Shown here: piece by piece, positions 46,883-58,179 of the stretch
Layout: every line of letters begins with the position of its first letter
How positions within the stretch are numbered: position 1 is the stretch's first letter
NCBI GenBank assembly: GCA_963825255.1
Contig: CAWGSF010000007.1
Span: forward strand, 2,888 to 66,887
Length of the DNA stretch: 64,000 bases
Source: an uncultured Actinomycetes bacterium
Lineage (GTDB): Bacteria; Actinomycetota; Thermoleophilia; Gaiellales; Gaiellaceae
Direction: 5' to 3'
Notes under the pieces: generated by a model
Seen by the model: the letters and a program-made list of their open reading frames with translations, nothing else
Databases searched by the model: none
What the model was told of the DNA's origin: nothing
Position numbers and translations under genes: made by a program

Positions 46883-48287
46883 TCAGGCAGCCTTCACGCC
46901 GGCGATGAGCCGCTCGACGGAGTCCTTCGCGTCGCCGAAGAGCATCGCCGTGTTGGGGCGGTAGAAGAGGTCGTTGTCGATGCCGGCGAAGCCGGGGCTC
47001 ATGCTGCGCTTGAGGACGACGACGTTGGCCGCCTGGTCGACGTTGAGGATCGGCATGCCGTAGAGCGGGCTCTCGGGGTTGTCGCGGGCGGCCGGGTTCG
47101 TGACGTCGTTCGCGCCGATGACGAGGACGACGTCGGTGCGCGGGAAGTCCGGGTTGATGTCCTCCATGTCGCGCAGCTGCGGGTAGGGCACGTTCGCCTC
47201 GGCGAGGAGCACGTTCATGTGGCCGGGCATCCGCCCGGCGACCGGGTGGATCCCGTACTTGACGTCGACGCCGCGGCGCTCGAGCAGGTCGGCGAGCTCC
47301 CGGACGCTGTGCTGGGCCTGGGCCACTGCGAGCCCGTACCCGGGGACGATGACCACGCGGGAGGCGTAGGCGAGCATCACCGCGGCGTCCTCGGCCGTGA
47401 TCTCCCGGTAGCTCTTCCCCTCGGTGGGCTCGGGCGCGCCGGGAGCGGCCTCGGGCGCGGCGCCGAACGCGCTGAAGAGGACGTTCGCGAGCGAGCGGTT
47501 CATGGCGCGGCCCATGAGGACCGTGAGCAGCGTCCCGGAGGCGCCGACGAGCGTGCCGCCGATGATGAGCGCGACGTTGTCGAGGACGAAGCCGGTCGAT
47601 GCGGCGGCCAGGCCCGTGAAGGCGTTGAGGAGCGAGATGACGACGGGCATGTCGGCGCCGCCGATGGGGAGGACGAGGAGGACGCCGAAGAGGAGGGCGC
47701 CGACGACGAGGGCCACCGCCCACGCGCCCGACTCGGTCGAGCCTGCGACGGCGCCGATCACGATCAGGGCGACGAACAGCGCCGCGTTCACGAGCTGCTG
47801 GCCCGTGAAGAGGAGCGGGCGCCCCGGGAGGATCTCCTGGAGCTTCCCGAACGCGATCAGGCTCCCCGAGAAGCTGATCGAGCCGATCAGCGCCGAGAAG
47901 AGCATCGCTCCCATCGACTCCGGCGCGACGTGACCGGCCGCGGGGGTGAGCCGGTGGAACTCCGCCGCGGCGATGAGCGCCGCGGCCCCGCCCCCGACGC
48001 CGTTGAAGAGCGCCACCATCTGCGGCATGGCGGTCATGCGCACCAGGCGGGCCGAGGCGACGCCGATCACCGTGCCGACCGCGACACCGGCGACGATGAG
48101 CCAGTAGGAGTCGATCTCCGGGCTCGCGAGCGTGAACCCGAGGGCGATGGCCATCCCCGACTGCGGCCGCGAGGTTTCCGGAGCGGGCCGTGGCCGGCGA
48201 GGAGAGGCGCTTGATCCCGATGATGAGGAAGACGCTGGCGACGAGGTAGGCGACGTCGATCGTCGTCTGCGAGAGCGCGAAGATCAC
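46883..48287 (-). CDS. pntB: NAD(P) transhydrogenase subunit beta (frame change near 48155)
   Basis: N-terminus IDVAYLVASVFLIIGIKRLSSPATARSGN (ORF 46086..48287 frame). The rest lies in ORF 46883..48154 (MPGHMNVLLAEANVPY, VIGANDVTNPAA). Confidence 0.85.
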
Positions 48288-48580
48288 TCCCTGTCCTCGG
48301 GCTTTCGCTTGAACATCTCGAGCATGCGGTCGGTGACGAGGAAGCCGCCGACGACGTTGATCGTCGCGAAGACGACGGCGACGAAGGCGAGGGCCTGCTC
48401 GAGCGTCGAGTCGGCCGAGCCGGCGATGAGCATCGCGCCGACGAGGACGATGCCGTGGATCGCGTTCGTCCCCGACATGAGCGGCGTGTGCAGGAGGGTC
48501 GGCACACGCGAGATGAGCTCGAAGCCGAGGAACACGGTGAGGACGAAGACGGTCAGGCCGTTGAGCAGGGTCTGGCTCAC
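48284..48580 (-). CDS. pntA: NAD(P) transhydrogenase subunit alpha, part 2 (membrane)
   Basis: GTG 48580 overlaps the upstream stop. Sequence: LTVFVLTVFLGFELISRVPTLLHTPLMSGTNAIHGIVLVGA. Confidence 0.8.
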   Translation of the reverse strand: MSQTLLNGLTVFVLTVFLGFELISRVPTLLHTPLMSGTNAIHGIVLVGAMLIAGSADSTLEQALAFVAVVFATINVVGGFLVTDRMLEMFKRKPEDRE

Positions 48581-49684
48581 GAGCCCTCCACCAGCACGCG
48601 GCCGTCGTGGGCCACGCACGTCCCCTGCACGATCTCGTCCTCGAAGTCGAGGTGGAGGCTGCCGTCGCGGACGAGGAGCGCGAGGAACGACTGGACGTTG
48701 CGCGAGTACATCTGACTCGCGTGGACGGGCATCGTCGCCGGGACGTTCGTGAGCCCCACGATCGTGACGCCGTCGCGGACGACCGTCTCGCCCGGCTCGG
48801 TGTCGGCGCAGTTCCCGCCCGCCTCGGCCGCGAGGTCGACGACGACCGACCCCGGCCGCATCCCGCGCACGGCGTCCTCGGTGATCAGGATCGGAGCAGG
48901 GCGACCCGGGACGAGGGCCGTCGTGATGACGGCGTCCGACTCGTGCGCGTGCCGGGCGATGAGCTCCTGCTCCCGCTCGTGCTGGTCCTCGGCGAGCGCC
49001 ACGGCGTAGCCGCCCATCCCCTCCGCGCCCTCCACGTCGAGCTCGAGGAAGGTCGCGCCGAGGCTCTCGACCTGCTCCTTCACGACCGGGCGGACGTCGA
49101 AGGCCGAGACGACGGCGCCCAGTCGCCGGGCGGTGGCGATCGCCTGGAGGCCGGCCACGCCGGCCCCGAGCACGAGTACCTTCGCGGGCGGGATCGTCCC
49201 CGCGGCCGTCGTGAGCATCGGGAAGAACTTCCCCAGGTGCTCGGCCGCGAGGAGCGCGGCCTTGTACCCGGCGACCGTGCTCTGGGACGAGAGCGCGTCC
49301 ATCGGTTGCGCTCGCGTCACGCGCGGGATGCGATCCATCGAGAACGCGGTGACCCCCTTGGCGGCGAGCTCTCCCAGCGTCTCGGGGTCGGTGAGCGGCT
49401 GGAGGAGCCCGATCAGCGCCTGCCCGGCGCGGAGGGGCTCGATCTCCGCCTGGCGACGGCTTGCCGACGCGGCAGACGACGTCGGCCTCCGCGTAGAGCT
49501 CGCCCGCGCCGACGATGCGGGCACCGGCATCGGCGTACGCGGCGTCGGAGAAGGTGGCCGCCTCACCTGCGCCCTGCTCGACGAGAACCTCGACGCCGTC
49601 CTCGGCGAGCCGCCGTGCCGAGTCCGGCACGACGGCCACGCGGGTTTCCCCGGGGGCCGTCTCCTTCACCACGCCTACCCTCAT
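48577..49684 (-). CDS. pntA: NAD(P) transhydrogenase subunit alpha, part 1 (frame change near 49455)
   Basis: MRVGVVKETAPGETRVAVVPD, then ORF 48577..49566 (VLVLGAGVAGLQAIATARRLGA, DLAAEAGGNC). Confidence 0.85.
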
Positions 49685-49709
49685 GGTCGCCGGAGTCTAA
49701 GCTCCGGGT

Positions 49710-49949
49710 ATGGACGGATGGCTGGATGACGCGCGCGCGAAGCTCGCAGGGGTGGTCGGCGAGGACCCTGCCGCCTACGACCTGACCCAGGCTCAGGCCG
49801 ACGAGCTTCTCGACCTCGCGCGCATCGCCGCCCACGACAGCGGGGAGCGGACGAGCGCGCCGCTCCTCTGCTACCTCGTCGGTCTCGCCCACGGGCGCCA
49901 CGGCGGCGACCTGAGCGATCTCGTCGACGCGACCGTCGGTACGTCGTAG
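49710..49949 (+). CDS. DUF6457-like small protein
   Basis: 79-aa ORF: LDDARAKLAG...ELLDLARIAAHDSGERTSAPLLCYLVGLA. Confidence 0.45.
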   Translation: MDGWLDDARAKLAGVVGEDPAAYDLTQAQADELLDLARIAAHDSGERTSAPLLCYLVGLAHGRHGGDLSDLVDATVGTS

Positions 49950-49958
49950 GGTTCCCGG

Positions 49959-50723
49959 ATGCCCGGAACAGCGCTCGCGGACAGGACCGCGGTCGTCACC
50001 GGAGCCTCGAGCGGCATCGGGATGGCCACCGCCCGCGCGCTCGCGGCCGAGGGCGCCCGCCTCGCGCTCGGCGCGCGGCGCGTCGACCGCCTCGAGGCCT
50101 TCGTCGAGGAGCTCGGCGGAGATCACGCCTTCGGCCCTCTCGACGTCACGGACGCCGCGAGTTGCGAGGAGTTCGTCTCCATGGCGGCGAGCAGCCTCGG
50201 GCGAATCGACATCCTGATCAACAACGCGGGCCTGGCGCTCGGCCGGGCCACTATCGCGGAGGGCTCGGAGGAGGACGACCGCATCATGTGGGAGACGAAC
50301 GTCCAGGGCCTCCTCCGCATCACGCGCCTCGTGCTCCCGCACATGGAGGACAAGCGGGGACACATCGTCAACCTGGGCTCGTGGGCCGGGCGCGAGGCAT
50401 ACGGCGGCGGGGGCATGTACGTCGGCTCGAAGACCGCCGTCCGCGTGCTGACGTACGTCCTCAGGAAGGAGCTCGTGGGGCGGATCCGCGTGACGACGGT
50501 GGATCCCGGCATGGTCGGGGGCACGGAGTTCTCGGACGTCCGCTTCGGCGGTGACGCCGAGCGCAAGGCGGCGGTCTACCGGGGCGTCGACTGGCTCACG
50601 CCCGAGGACGTCGCCGACTGCATCCTCTGGGCCGTCACCCGGCCGGCGCGCATGAACGTCGACGAGATCGTCGTCAAGCCCCTCCAGCAGGCGAGCCAGG
50701 ACGCGATCGTCCGGGACGAGTAG
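49959..50723 (+). CDS. SDR family oxidoreductase
   Basis: Intact. Motifs: TGASSGIG, NNAG, YVGSK. Confidence 0.85.
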   Translation: MPGTALADRTAVVTGASSGIGMATARALAAEGARLALGARRVDRLEAFVEELGGDHAFGPLDVTDAASCEEFVSMAASSLGRIDILINNAGLALGRATIAEGSEEDDRIMWETNVQGLLRITRLVLPHMEDKRGHIVNLGSWAGREAYGGGGMYVGSKTAVRVLTYVLRKELVGRIRVTTVDPGMVGGTEFSDVRFGGDAERKAAVYRGVDWLTPEDVADCILWAVTRPARMNVDEIVVKPLQQASQDAIVRDE

Positions 50724-50730
50724 TCGGCCG

Positions 50731-52803
50731 ATGCCGCTCACCATCCTCGAGGGCTCGACGTTCTGCGTCTCCGACGAGCTCGGCGACATCGTCGAGCCCG
50801 ACGATGGGCCTCTTCGCCCACGACACGCGCTTCCTCTCGCACTGGGCGCTCAAGATCAACGGCGCCCGGCCGCTCATGCTCGCCTCGCGCAAGGTGGAGT
50901 ACTACTCGGCGGCGTTCTTCCTCCGGAACCCCGTGGCGGGCGGGCTCGTGCAGGACGAGCTCTCGATCGGCCGCGAGCGCTTCATCGGCGACGCGATGCA
51001 GGAGCACATCGTCGTCTCGAACCACTCCCGCAGGTTGATCGCCTTCGACCTCGCGGTGGAGCTCGGGAACGACTTCGCGGACATCTTCGCCGTCAAGGAG
51101 TACGACTTCGCGCTCGGGGACCCGGAGCACGCGCGCCCGCTGCCGCCGCCGGTCGAGCCCGTCTACGAGCCCGGCGACAACCAGTTCGTGCTCGCCCGCG
51201 AGGACCCGGACTTCCACGGGCTCACCCAGGTCGTCTTCTCCGAGCGCGGCGAGCCGACCGACTCGACCGTGACGTTCCGGGTCGAGCTCGAGCCGCGCGA
51301 GAGCTGGCGCCTGCGCGTCGACGTCATCCCGGCCGACGACGGCGTCCGGACGGCCGTCCACAGCGCCGAGCGGCGGTTCGGCGACGAGCTCGCGCGCGTG
51401 CGCGCGTCTCTCGCGGCCTGGCGCCTGCGGGTCCCGCAGCTGCGCTCGTCGTGGGACGAGCTCACCCACTGCTTCCGACAGTCGGTCGCGGACCTCTCCT
51501 CGCTTCGCATGGGCGAGGATCCGCGGCTGCTCGGGCCAGCTCCCCGCCGCAGGGATGCCGTGGTTCATGACCGTCTTCGGGCGGGACACGATCATCACCT
51601 GCCTCCAGACGCTCCTCTTCGGGCCGGAGCTGGCGCAGAACGCGCTCGCCGTGCTCGCCGAGCTGCAGTCGGACGAGGACGATCCGGAGTCCGACGCCGA
51701 GCCGGGGAAGATCGTCCACGAGGTGCGCCACGGCAAGGCGGCGCAGGCGTGGTTCCCGCGCTACTACGGGACGGTGGACGCGACGCCGCTCTACCTCATC
51801 CTCCTCTCCGAGGTGTGGCGCTGGACGGACGACGCCGGCCTCGTCCGGGACCTGCGTGGCCCGGCCCTGCGAGCCCTCGAGTGGATCGACCGCTACGGCG
51901 ACCTGGACGGCGACGGCTTCGTCGAGTACCTCCGGCGCTCGAGCCGGGGGCTCGTGAACCAGTCCTGGAAGGACTCGGGCGACTCCCAGCTCTTCCGGGA
52001 CGGGCGGGTCGCCGAGCCGCCGATCGCTCCCTGCGAGGTGCAGGGGTACGTCTACGACGCGAAGCTGCGGGTGGCCGAGCTCGCGCGCGCGGTCTGGCGC
52101 GAGCGCGAGCTCGCCGACCGGCTCGAGCGCGAGGCCGCCGAGCTCCGTCAGCGGTTCGACGAGGCGTTCTGGTGCGAGGCGAGGGGCGGTTACTACGCGC
52201 TGGCCCTCGACGCGCGGAAGGAGCGGGTGGACTCGCTCGACGTCCAACATGGGGCACCTGCTCTGGAGCGGGATCGTGCCGCCGGAGCGCGTCGACGCCA
52301 TCGTCGACCAGCTGATGGGCGAGGATCTCTGGTCGGGCTGGGGCGTGCGCACGATGTCGGCGGGGGACGCGGGCTTCAACCCGCTCGCATACCACGACGG
52401 CACCGTGTGGCCGCACGACAACTCCCTGATCGCGTGGGGCCTCGCCCGCTACGGGCGCTGGCCGGAGGCGCAGCGCATCGTTCGCCGCCTGCTCAACGCG
52501 GCGTCGTTCTTCGACCACCAGCTCCCCGAGGTCTTCGCCGGCTTCTCGCGCACGGAGACGCCCTTCCCGATCCCGTACCCGACGGCCGCGCGGCCCCAGG
52601 CGTGGGCCGCCGGCGCGCCCGTCCTCCTGCTGCAGCTCCTCCTCGGCCTCGTGCCCGACAGGCGCCGCCACGTGCTGGAGAGCGTCGCGCCGGGGGACAT
52701 CCCCTCGTGGGCCGGGAACGTTCGCCTCACCGGGGTGCGCGCGTTCGACAAGGCCTGGGACGTGCAGCTCGACGGCGGGGAGGTCATGATCGAGCAGGCG
52801 TGA
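50731..52803 (+). CDS. Amylo-alpha-1,6-glucosidase / glycogen-debranching-like protein (frame changes ~50800, ~51540, ~52245)
   Basis: Pieces: LFAHDTRFLSHW, MPWFMTVFGRDTIIT, GKIVHEVR, QSWKDSGDS, YHDGTVWPHDN. Confidence 0.75.
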
Positions 52804-53831
52804 GGATCGCGATCCTGAGCCCGGTCTGGTTCCCGGTCCCGCCGGTGGGGTACGGCGGGATCGAGTGGGTCGTCTCGCTTCTCGCCGACGGCCTCGCGGA
52901 GGCCGGGCACGACGTCACCCTCTTCGCCTCCGGCGACTCCTTGCACGAAGGCCGAGCTCGCGTCCGTCTACGACGAGGCGCCGTTCGCGCGAGATCGGCA
53001 AGACGACGCCCGAGCTTCGCCACGCGCTCGCCTGCTACGAGCGCGCGGACGAGTTCGACATCGTCAACGACCATTCGGGGCCGCTCGGCGCCGCACTCGG
53101 CGCGGCCTCGCCGACGCCCGTCGTGCACACGGTGCACGGGCCCCTGACGGGAGAGCCCGGCGAGCTCTACGTCACGCTCGCGAAGTTCGCGCCCGAGGTG
53201 GGACTGATCTCGCTCTCGCTCGAACCAGCGGAAGCCGCAGCCCGACCTGCCCTGGGTCGCCACGTGCCCGAACGCGCTCGACCTGGACGCGTACCCCGTC
53301 CACACGGAGCGGGGCGAGTACCTCCTCTTCCTCGGGCGGATGAGCGCCGACAAGGGCTGCCACCGCGCCATCGAGGTGGCCACGGAGGTCGGGGTCCCGC
53401 TGAAGATCGCGGGCAAGATGCGCGAGCCGGCCGAGCGCGAGTACTTCGAGACGTACGTCGCCCCGCACCTCGGCGAAGGGGTCGAATACCTCGGCGAGAC
53501 GAGCCACGGGAAGAAGGTCGCGCTGCTCCAGAACGCGCGCGCGACGCTGTTCCCCATCGACTGGGAGGAGCCGTTCGGGCTCGTCATGATCGAGTCGATG
53601 GCCTGCGGCACGCCGGTGATCGCGACGCGCTGGGGCGCGGTCCCCGAGGTGATCGAGGACGGCCGCTCGGGCGTCATCGTCGACGACTACCGCGAGATGG
53701 CGGGCGCGCTCGCCGACGCCGACCGGCTCGAGCCGCTGGAGTGCCGGCGCTACGCTGAGGAGCGATTCTCGGCGGGGCGGATGGTGCGCGACTACGAGGC
53801 GGCCTACGAGGCCGTGCTCGCGCGGGTCTAG
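52800..53831 (+). CDS. GT4 family glycosyltransferase (about 3 frame changes: ~52945, ~52985, ~53225)
   Basis: GTG 52800 overlaps the upstream stop. Motifs: IAILSPVWFPVPPVGYGGIEWVV, EPFGLVMIESMACGTPVIAT. Confidence 0.8.
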
Positions 53832-53834
53832 GGA

Positions 53835-53857
53835 GCAAGTAACAGACTGTTACTTGC
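53835..53857. repeat. Palindrome copy 3 (GCAAGTAACAGACTGTTACTTGC; dyad extends to 53834..53858)
   Basis: Lies in the 35-nt gap between convergent stops 53831 and 53867. Coordinates are anchored by the spurious ORF stop TAA at 53850..53852. Confidence 0.95.
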
Positions 53858-53866
53858 TGGCGGGGC

Positions 53867-55023
53867 TCAGCCGCTGCGCTTCGCGGCGGCGCCGGCCGGC
53901 GCGAGCGCCTGTTCGAGATCGGCGACGAGGTCGGCCGCCGACTCGATCCCGACGGAGAGGCGGACGAGGTTCGCGGGCGTGGGGAAGGGCGATTCCGCCG
54001 TCGAGGCGTGGGTCATGTCGGCCGGGACCTCGATCAGGCTCTCGACCCCGCCGAGGCTCTCCGCGAGCGTCCAGACCCTCGTCCGCGTGACGAGCGCGGC
54101 GGCCTCGTCCGCGTCGGCCGCGAGGAAGGAGATCATCCCGCCGAAGTCGCGCATCTGACGGGCCGCGATCTCGTGGCCGGGATGATCGGGCAGACCGGGG
54201 TAGAGGACGCGGTCGACCGCGGGGTGGCTCGTGAGGAAGGCGGCGACCGCGCGGGCGTTGTCGCAGTGGCGCTCCATCCGGACGGCGAGCGTCTTGAGGC
54301 CACGGAGCACGAGCCAGCAGTCGAAGGGCCCGGGGATCGCTCCGAGCGCCTTCTGGAGGAACTGCAGGCGCTCCGCGACGGTCGGGTCGTTCGTCGCGAC
54401 GAAGCCTCCGACCACGTCGGAGTGCCCGCCGAGGTACTTCGTCGTCGAGTGGACGACGACGTCTGCGCCCAGATCGAGGGGACGCTGGAGGTACGGCGTG
54501 GCGAAGGTGTTGTCCACGACGACCATGGCGCCGGCGGCGTGCGCGGCCGCGGCCGCCTTCGCGACGTCGATCACGTTCAGGAGGGGGTTCGTGGGCGTCT
54601 CGAGCCAGACGAGCCGCGTTCGCTCGTTCAGGTGCCGCTCGAGGCCGGCGTCGATCTCGTCCGCGGAGACGAAGCTGAACCGGTAGCCCTTCGGCTCGTA
54701 GATCTGGGAGAACATGCGGTAGACGCCGCCGTACACGTCGTTCACGCAGAGGACGTGGTCGCCCGGCTCGAGCAGGTGCACGAGCGTCGTGGTCGCGCCG
54801 AGGCCGGACGAGTAGGCGAGGCCGTGCGCGGCGCCCTCGAGCGAGGCGAGGCACGTCTCGAGCGCCGTTCGCGTCGGGTTCCCCGCGCGCGAGTAGTCGT
54901 ACCCCTGTGGACGCCGACCTCGTCCTGGACGAACGTCGACGTCTGGTAGATCGGCGTGACGACCGCGCCGGTCGCCGGGTCCGGCTCCTGGCCGTCGTGG
55001 ATCGCCCGCGTCTCGAAGTCCAC
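53867..55023 (-). CDS. Cys/Met-metabolism PLP enzyme (cystathionine gamma-lyase/synthase type; frame change near 54900)
   Basis: N-terminus [30 protein letters not shown]. Also [15 protein letters not shown] and [13 protein letters not shown]. Confidence 0.8.
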
Positions 55024-55055
55024 GGCCCCAGTGTAGGCACCCCGTCCCCGGTGGG

Positions 55056-55080
55056 CATGTCCGGGGTCAGACCCCGGCCG
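55056..55080. repeat. 25-nt hairpin repeat, copy A (CATGTCCGGGGTCAGACCCCGGCCG)
   Basis: Contains a CCGGGG-TCAGA-CCCCGG stem-loop. Lies 33 nt upstream of the gamma-lyase start on the transcribed strand. Confidence 0.85.
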
Positions 55081-55153
55081 CGTCCCTTTCGGGCCTCGCC
55101 CTGTTCCTCGTCAGGTTTCGGCGCCCGCCCGGAGGTCTTGGCTGGCCGTTAGA

Positions 55154-55178
55154 CATGTCAGGGGTCAGACCCCGGCCG
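55154..55178. repeat. 25-nt hairpin repeat, copy B (CATGTCAGGGGTCAGACCCCGGCCG)
   Basis: 24/25 identical to copy A and 98 nt away. Lies 25 nt downstream of the CBS stop. Confidence 0.85.
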
Positions 55179-55202
55179 TGGCCGAAGGACGCGACCGCGG
55201 CG

Positions 55203-56607
55203 CTACGCAGCGCCGTCCGGGCGGCCGCGGGCGAGGTACTCGAGGAGATCGGCGCGGGTGAGCACGCCGACGGGCCGTCCGTCGCGGGCGACGACGACGG
55301 CCGGGTTGCCCGCGGAGAGGTCGGCGAACACCGTGTCCACCGACTCGTCGATCTCGACCGCCGGGAGCGGGGGCTCCATCGCCGAGGCCACCTCCTCCTC
55401 GAGCGCCTCCCGGTTCCGGAAGACCCGCTCGAGGAGGCTCCGCTCGCGGATCGACCCGACCACGTCGGCCAGCGAGTCGGCCCCGTCTCGCCGCACGACG
55501 GGGATCTGCGAGATCGCGTAGCGGTGCATGAGGTCGATCGCCTCGCCGACCTTCTGGTTCGACTCGACCGTGACGAGCTCGGGAACATCGGGCGCGTCGT
55601 GCCGCTTGAACGCGAGGACCTCGTCGATCCTGGGCGGGGGCGCCTCCCGCTCGAGCACGCCGTGCTCCATCAGCCAGTTGTCGTCGTAGACCTTGGAGAG
55701 GTAGCCGCGCCCCGAGTCGGGGATCAGGGTCACGAGCGTCGCCTCCGGCCCGAACCGCCGGGCGACCTGGAGCAACGCCCACACGGCCGTGCCGCCAGAG
55801 CCTCCCACGAGCATGCCCTCCTCGCGGGCGAGCTTCCGCGCCGTCCGGAAGGAATCCACGTCCGACACCGTGACGTACTCGTCCACGAGCGACGGGTCGA
55901 ACGTCGCTCGGCCAGAAGTCCTCGCCGATCCCCTCCACGAGGTAGGGGTGGATGTCGTCGGGGTTCGAGAAGATCGAGCCTTCCGGATCCGCGGCGACGA
56001 CGAGGAGGTCCGGCTTCCGCTCCTTGAGGTACCGCGAGATGCCGGAGATCGTCCCGCCTGTGCCGACGGAGAGGACGATCGCGTCGAGCTCGCCGCCGGT
56101 CTGCTCCCAGATCTCGGGCCCGGTCGTCTCGTAGTGCGCCGCCGGGTTGGCCGGGTTCGAGTACTGGTCGGGCTTGAACGCGCCCGGGATCTCCTCGGCG
56201 AGCCGGTCGGACACGGAGTAGTAGCTCTCGGGCGACTCCGGCGCGACCGCGGTCGGGCAGATGACGACCTCGGCGCCGTACCCGCGCAGGAGCGCCCGCT
56301 TCTCCTCGGCGATCTTGTCCGGCATGACGAAGACGCAGCGGTAGCCCTTGATCGCGGCCACGATCGCGAGGCCGACGCCCGTGTTGCCGCTCGTCGGCTC
56401 GACGATCGTGCCGCCCGGGCGGAGCTTTCCCTCCCGCTCCGCCGCCTCGATCATCCGGAGGCCGATCCGGTCCTTGACGCTCCCGCCGGGATTCAGGTAC
56501 TCGAGCTTGGCGAGGAGCGTCGGCGCGACCTCGCGGCCGACCCGCTGCAGGCGCACCAGCGGCGTCCGGCCGACGAGGTCGAGGACGGTCGGATAGTCGC
56601 GGGGCAT
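55203..56607 (-). CDS. Cystathionine beta-synthase (PLP domain plus tandem CBS domains; frame change near 55905)
   Basis: Motifs: NPGGSVKDR, SGNTG, GTGGT. C-terminal CBS-pair region in ORF 55203..55886. Confidence 0.85.
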
Positions 56608-56632
56608 CGCCGGTAGCGTATTCGCGGCGCTT

Positions 56633-58169
56633 CTAGTGGCGGAAGTGGCGCCGGCCGGCGAACACCATGACCGCGTCCGCGCCCTCCACGGCGGCGGTCA
56701 CCTCGGCGTCGCGCTTCGAGCCCCCCGGCTGGATGATCGAGCCGACGCCCGCGTCGAGCGCGAGCTGCGGCCCGTCGGGGAAGGGGAAGAAGGCGTCCGA
56801 CGCGAGCGCGGCGCCGTGGAGGTCGTGCCCGTACTCCGCGGCCTTCTCGAGGGCGAGCCGGACGGCGTCCACGCGGCTCATCTGGCCACTGCCGATCCCG
56901 AGGGTCCGGAGGTCGTGCGCGATGACGATGGCGTTCGAGGCGACGTGCTTGACAACCCGCCACGCGAAGAGCAGGTCGCCCCAGGCCTCCTCGTCGGGAT
57001 GGTGCTGCGTGACGACCTCCATGCCCTCGCGGTCGTCGACCTGCGCATCGGCGTCCTGGACGAGGAACCCGCCGAGCACGCGCCGGTAGTCGCGGTCGCC
57101 GGTCGACGCCACCCGCCGTTCCGTGTCGGCGAGGATCCGCAGCGAGTCCTTGGCCGCGAGGGTGGCGAGCGCGGCCTCGTCGTAGCCGGGCGCGATCAGC
57201 ACCTCGACGAACTGCTCGGCGAGCCGCGCCGCGAGCTCGGGCGTGACCTCGCGGTTGAGCGCGACGACGCCGCCGTAGGCCGACACCGGGTCGGAGGCGA
57301 GCGCCTTCTCGTACGCCTCGTCGATCGGAGGCGGCGACCGCGCAGCCGCACGGGTTCGCGTGCTTCACGATCGCGCAGGTCGGCAGCGTGAACTCGCGGA
57401 CGAGCGCCTGCGCGGCGTCGAGGTCGTTGAGGTTGTTGAAGGAGAGCTCGCGGCCGCCGAGCTGCTCGACGCGCGAGAGGAGGTGCCGGCGGACGCCGGC
57501 CTCCGCGTAGTAGGCGCCGCGCTGGTGCGGGTTCTCGCCGTACGCGAGCGGGCTGACGCGCTCGAGCGAGAGGAGGAGGCGGGGCGGGAACGTCTCGACG
57601 TCGGCGAACCACGAGGCGATCGAGGCCTCGTAGGCGGCAGTGTGGGCGAACGCCTCGGCGGCGAGCCGGCGCCGCATCGCGACGTCGATGGTCCCCGCGC
57701 CGAGGAGCTCGAGGATCTCCTCGTAGCGAGCCGGGTCGCAGATCGGGACGACGTCCACGAAGTTCTTCGCGGCGGCACGCAGCAGCGCGGGCCCGCCGAT
57801 GTCGATCATCTCGACCGCGTCCTCCTCGCGGACGTTCCGGCGCGCCGTGACGCTCTGGAACGGGTAGAGGTTGACGCAGACGAGGTCGAACGTCCCGATG
57901 CCCTGCTCGCGCAGCTGGTCGAGGTCGGCCTCCTGGCCGCGCCGCGCGAGGATGCCCGCGTGGATGCGCGGGTGCAGCGTCTTGACGCGTCCGCCGAGGA
58001 GCTCCGGGACGTCGGTGATCTCCTCGACCGGGACGACGTCCACGCCGAGCTCGGCGATGTACGCGGCCGTGCCGCCGCTCGCCACCACCTCGATGCCGAG
58101 GTCGGACAGCCCGCGGGCGAGGACGTCGAGGCCCGTCTTGTCGTACACGGAGATGAGCGCCCGCCCCAT
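56633..58169 (-). CDS. purH: Bifunctional AICAR transformylase / IMP cyclohydrolase (frame change near 57330)
   Basis: Motifs: ALISVYDKTGL, RVKTLHP. C-terminus IIQPGGSKRD...FAGRRHFRH. Confidence 0.9.
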
Positions 58170-58179
58170 GCACGCGGAC

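Noticed and set aside
32139-53858. The palindrome as a known operator (IdeR/DtxR iron box, LexA CTGT-N8-ACAG or GAAC-N4-GTTC, KstR/KstR2, PaaX box).
   Set aside because: Only superficial resemblance: the 9-1-9 layout of iron boxes and outer CAAG/CTTG as in KstR2. Base-by-base comparison from memory does not match any of them.
55024-55202. A SAM riboswitch (S-box or SAM-IV) upstream of the cystathionine gamma-lyase gene.
   Set aside because: The spacer is dominated by the duplicated 25-nt hairpin and shows none of the conserved SAM-riboswitch cores that I can recall.
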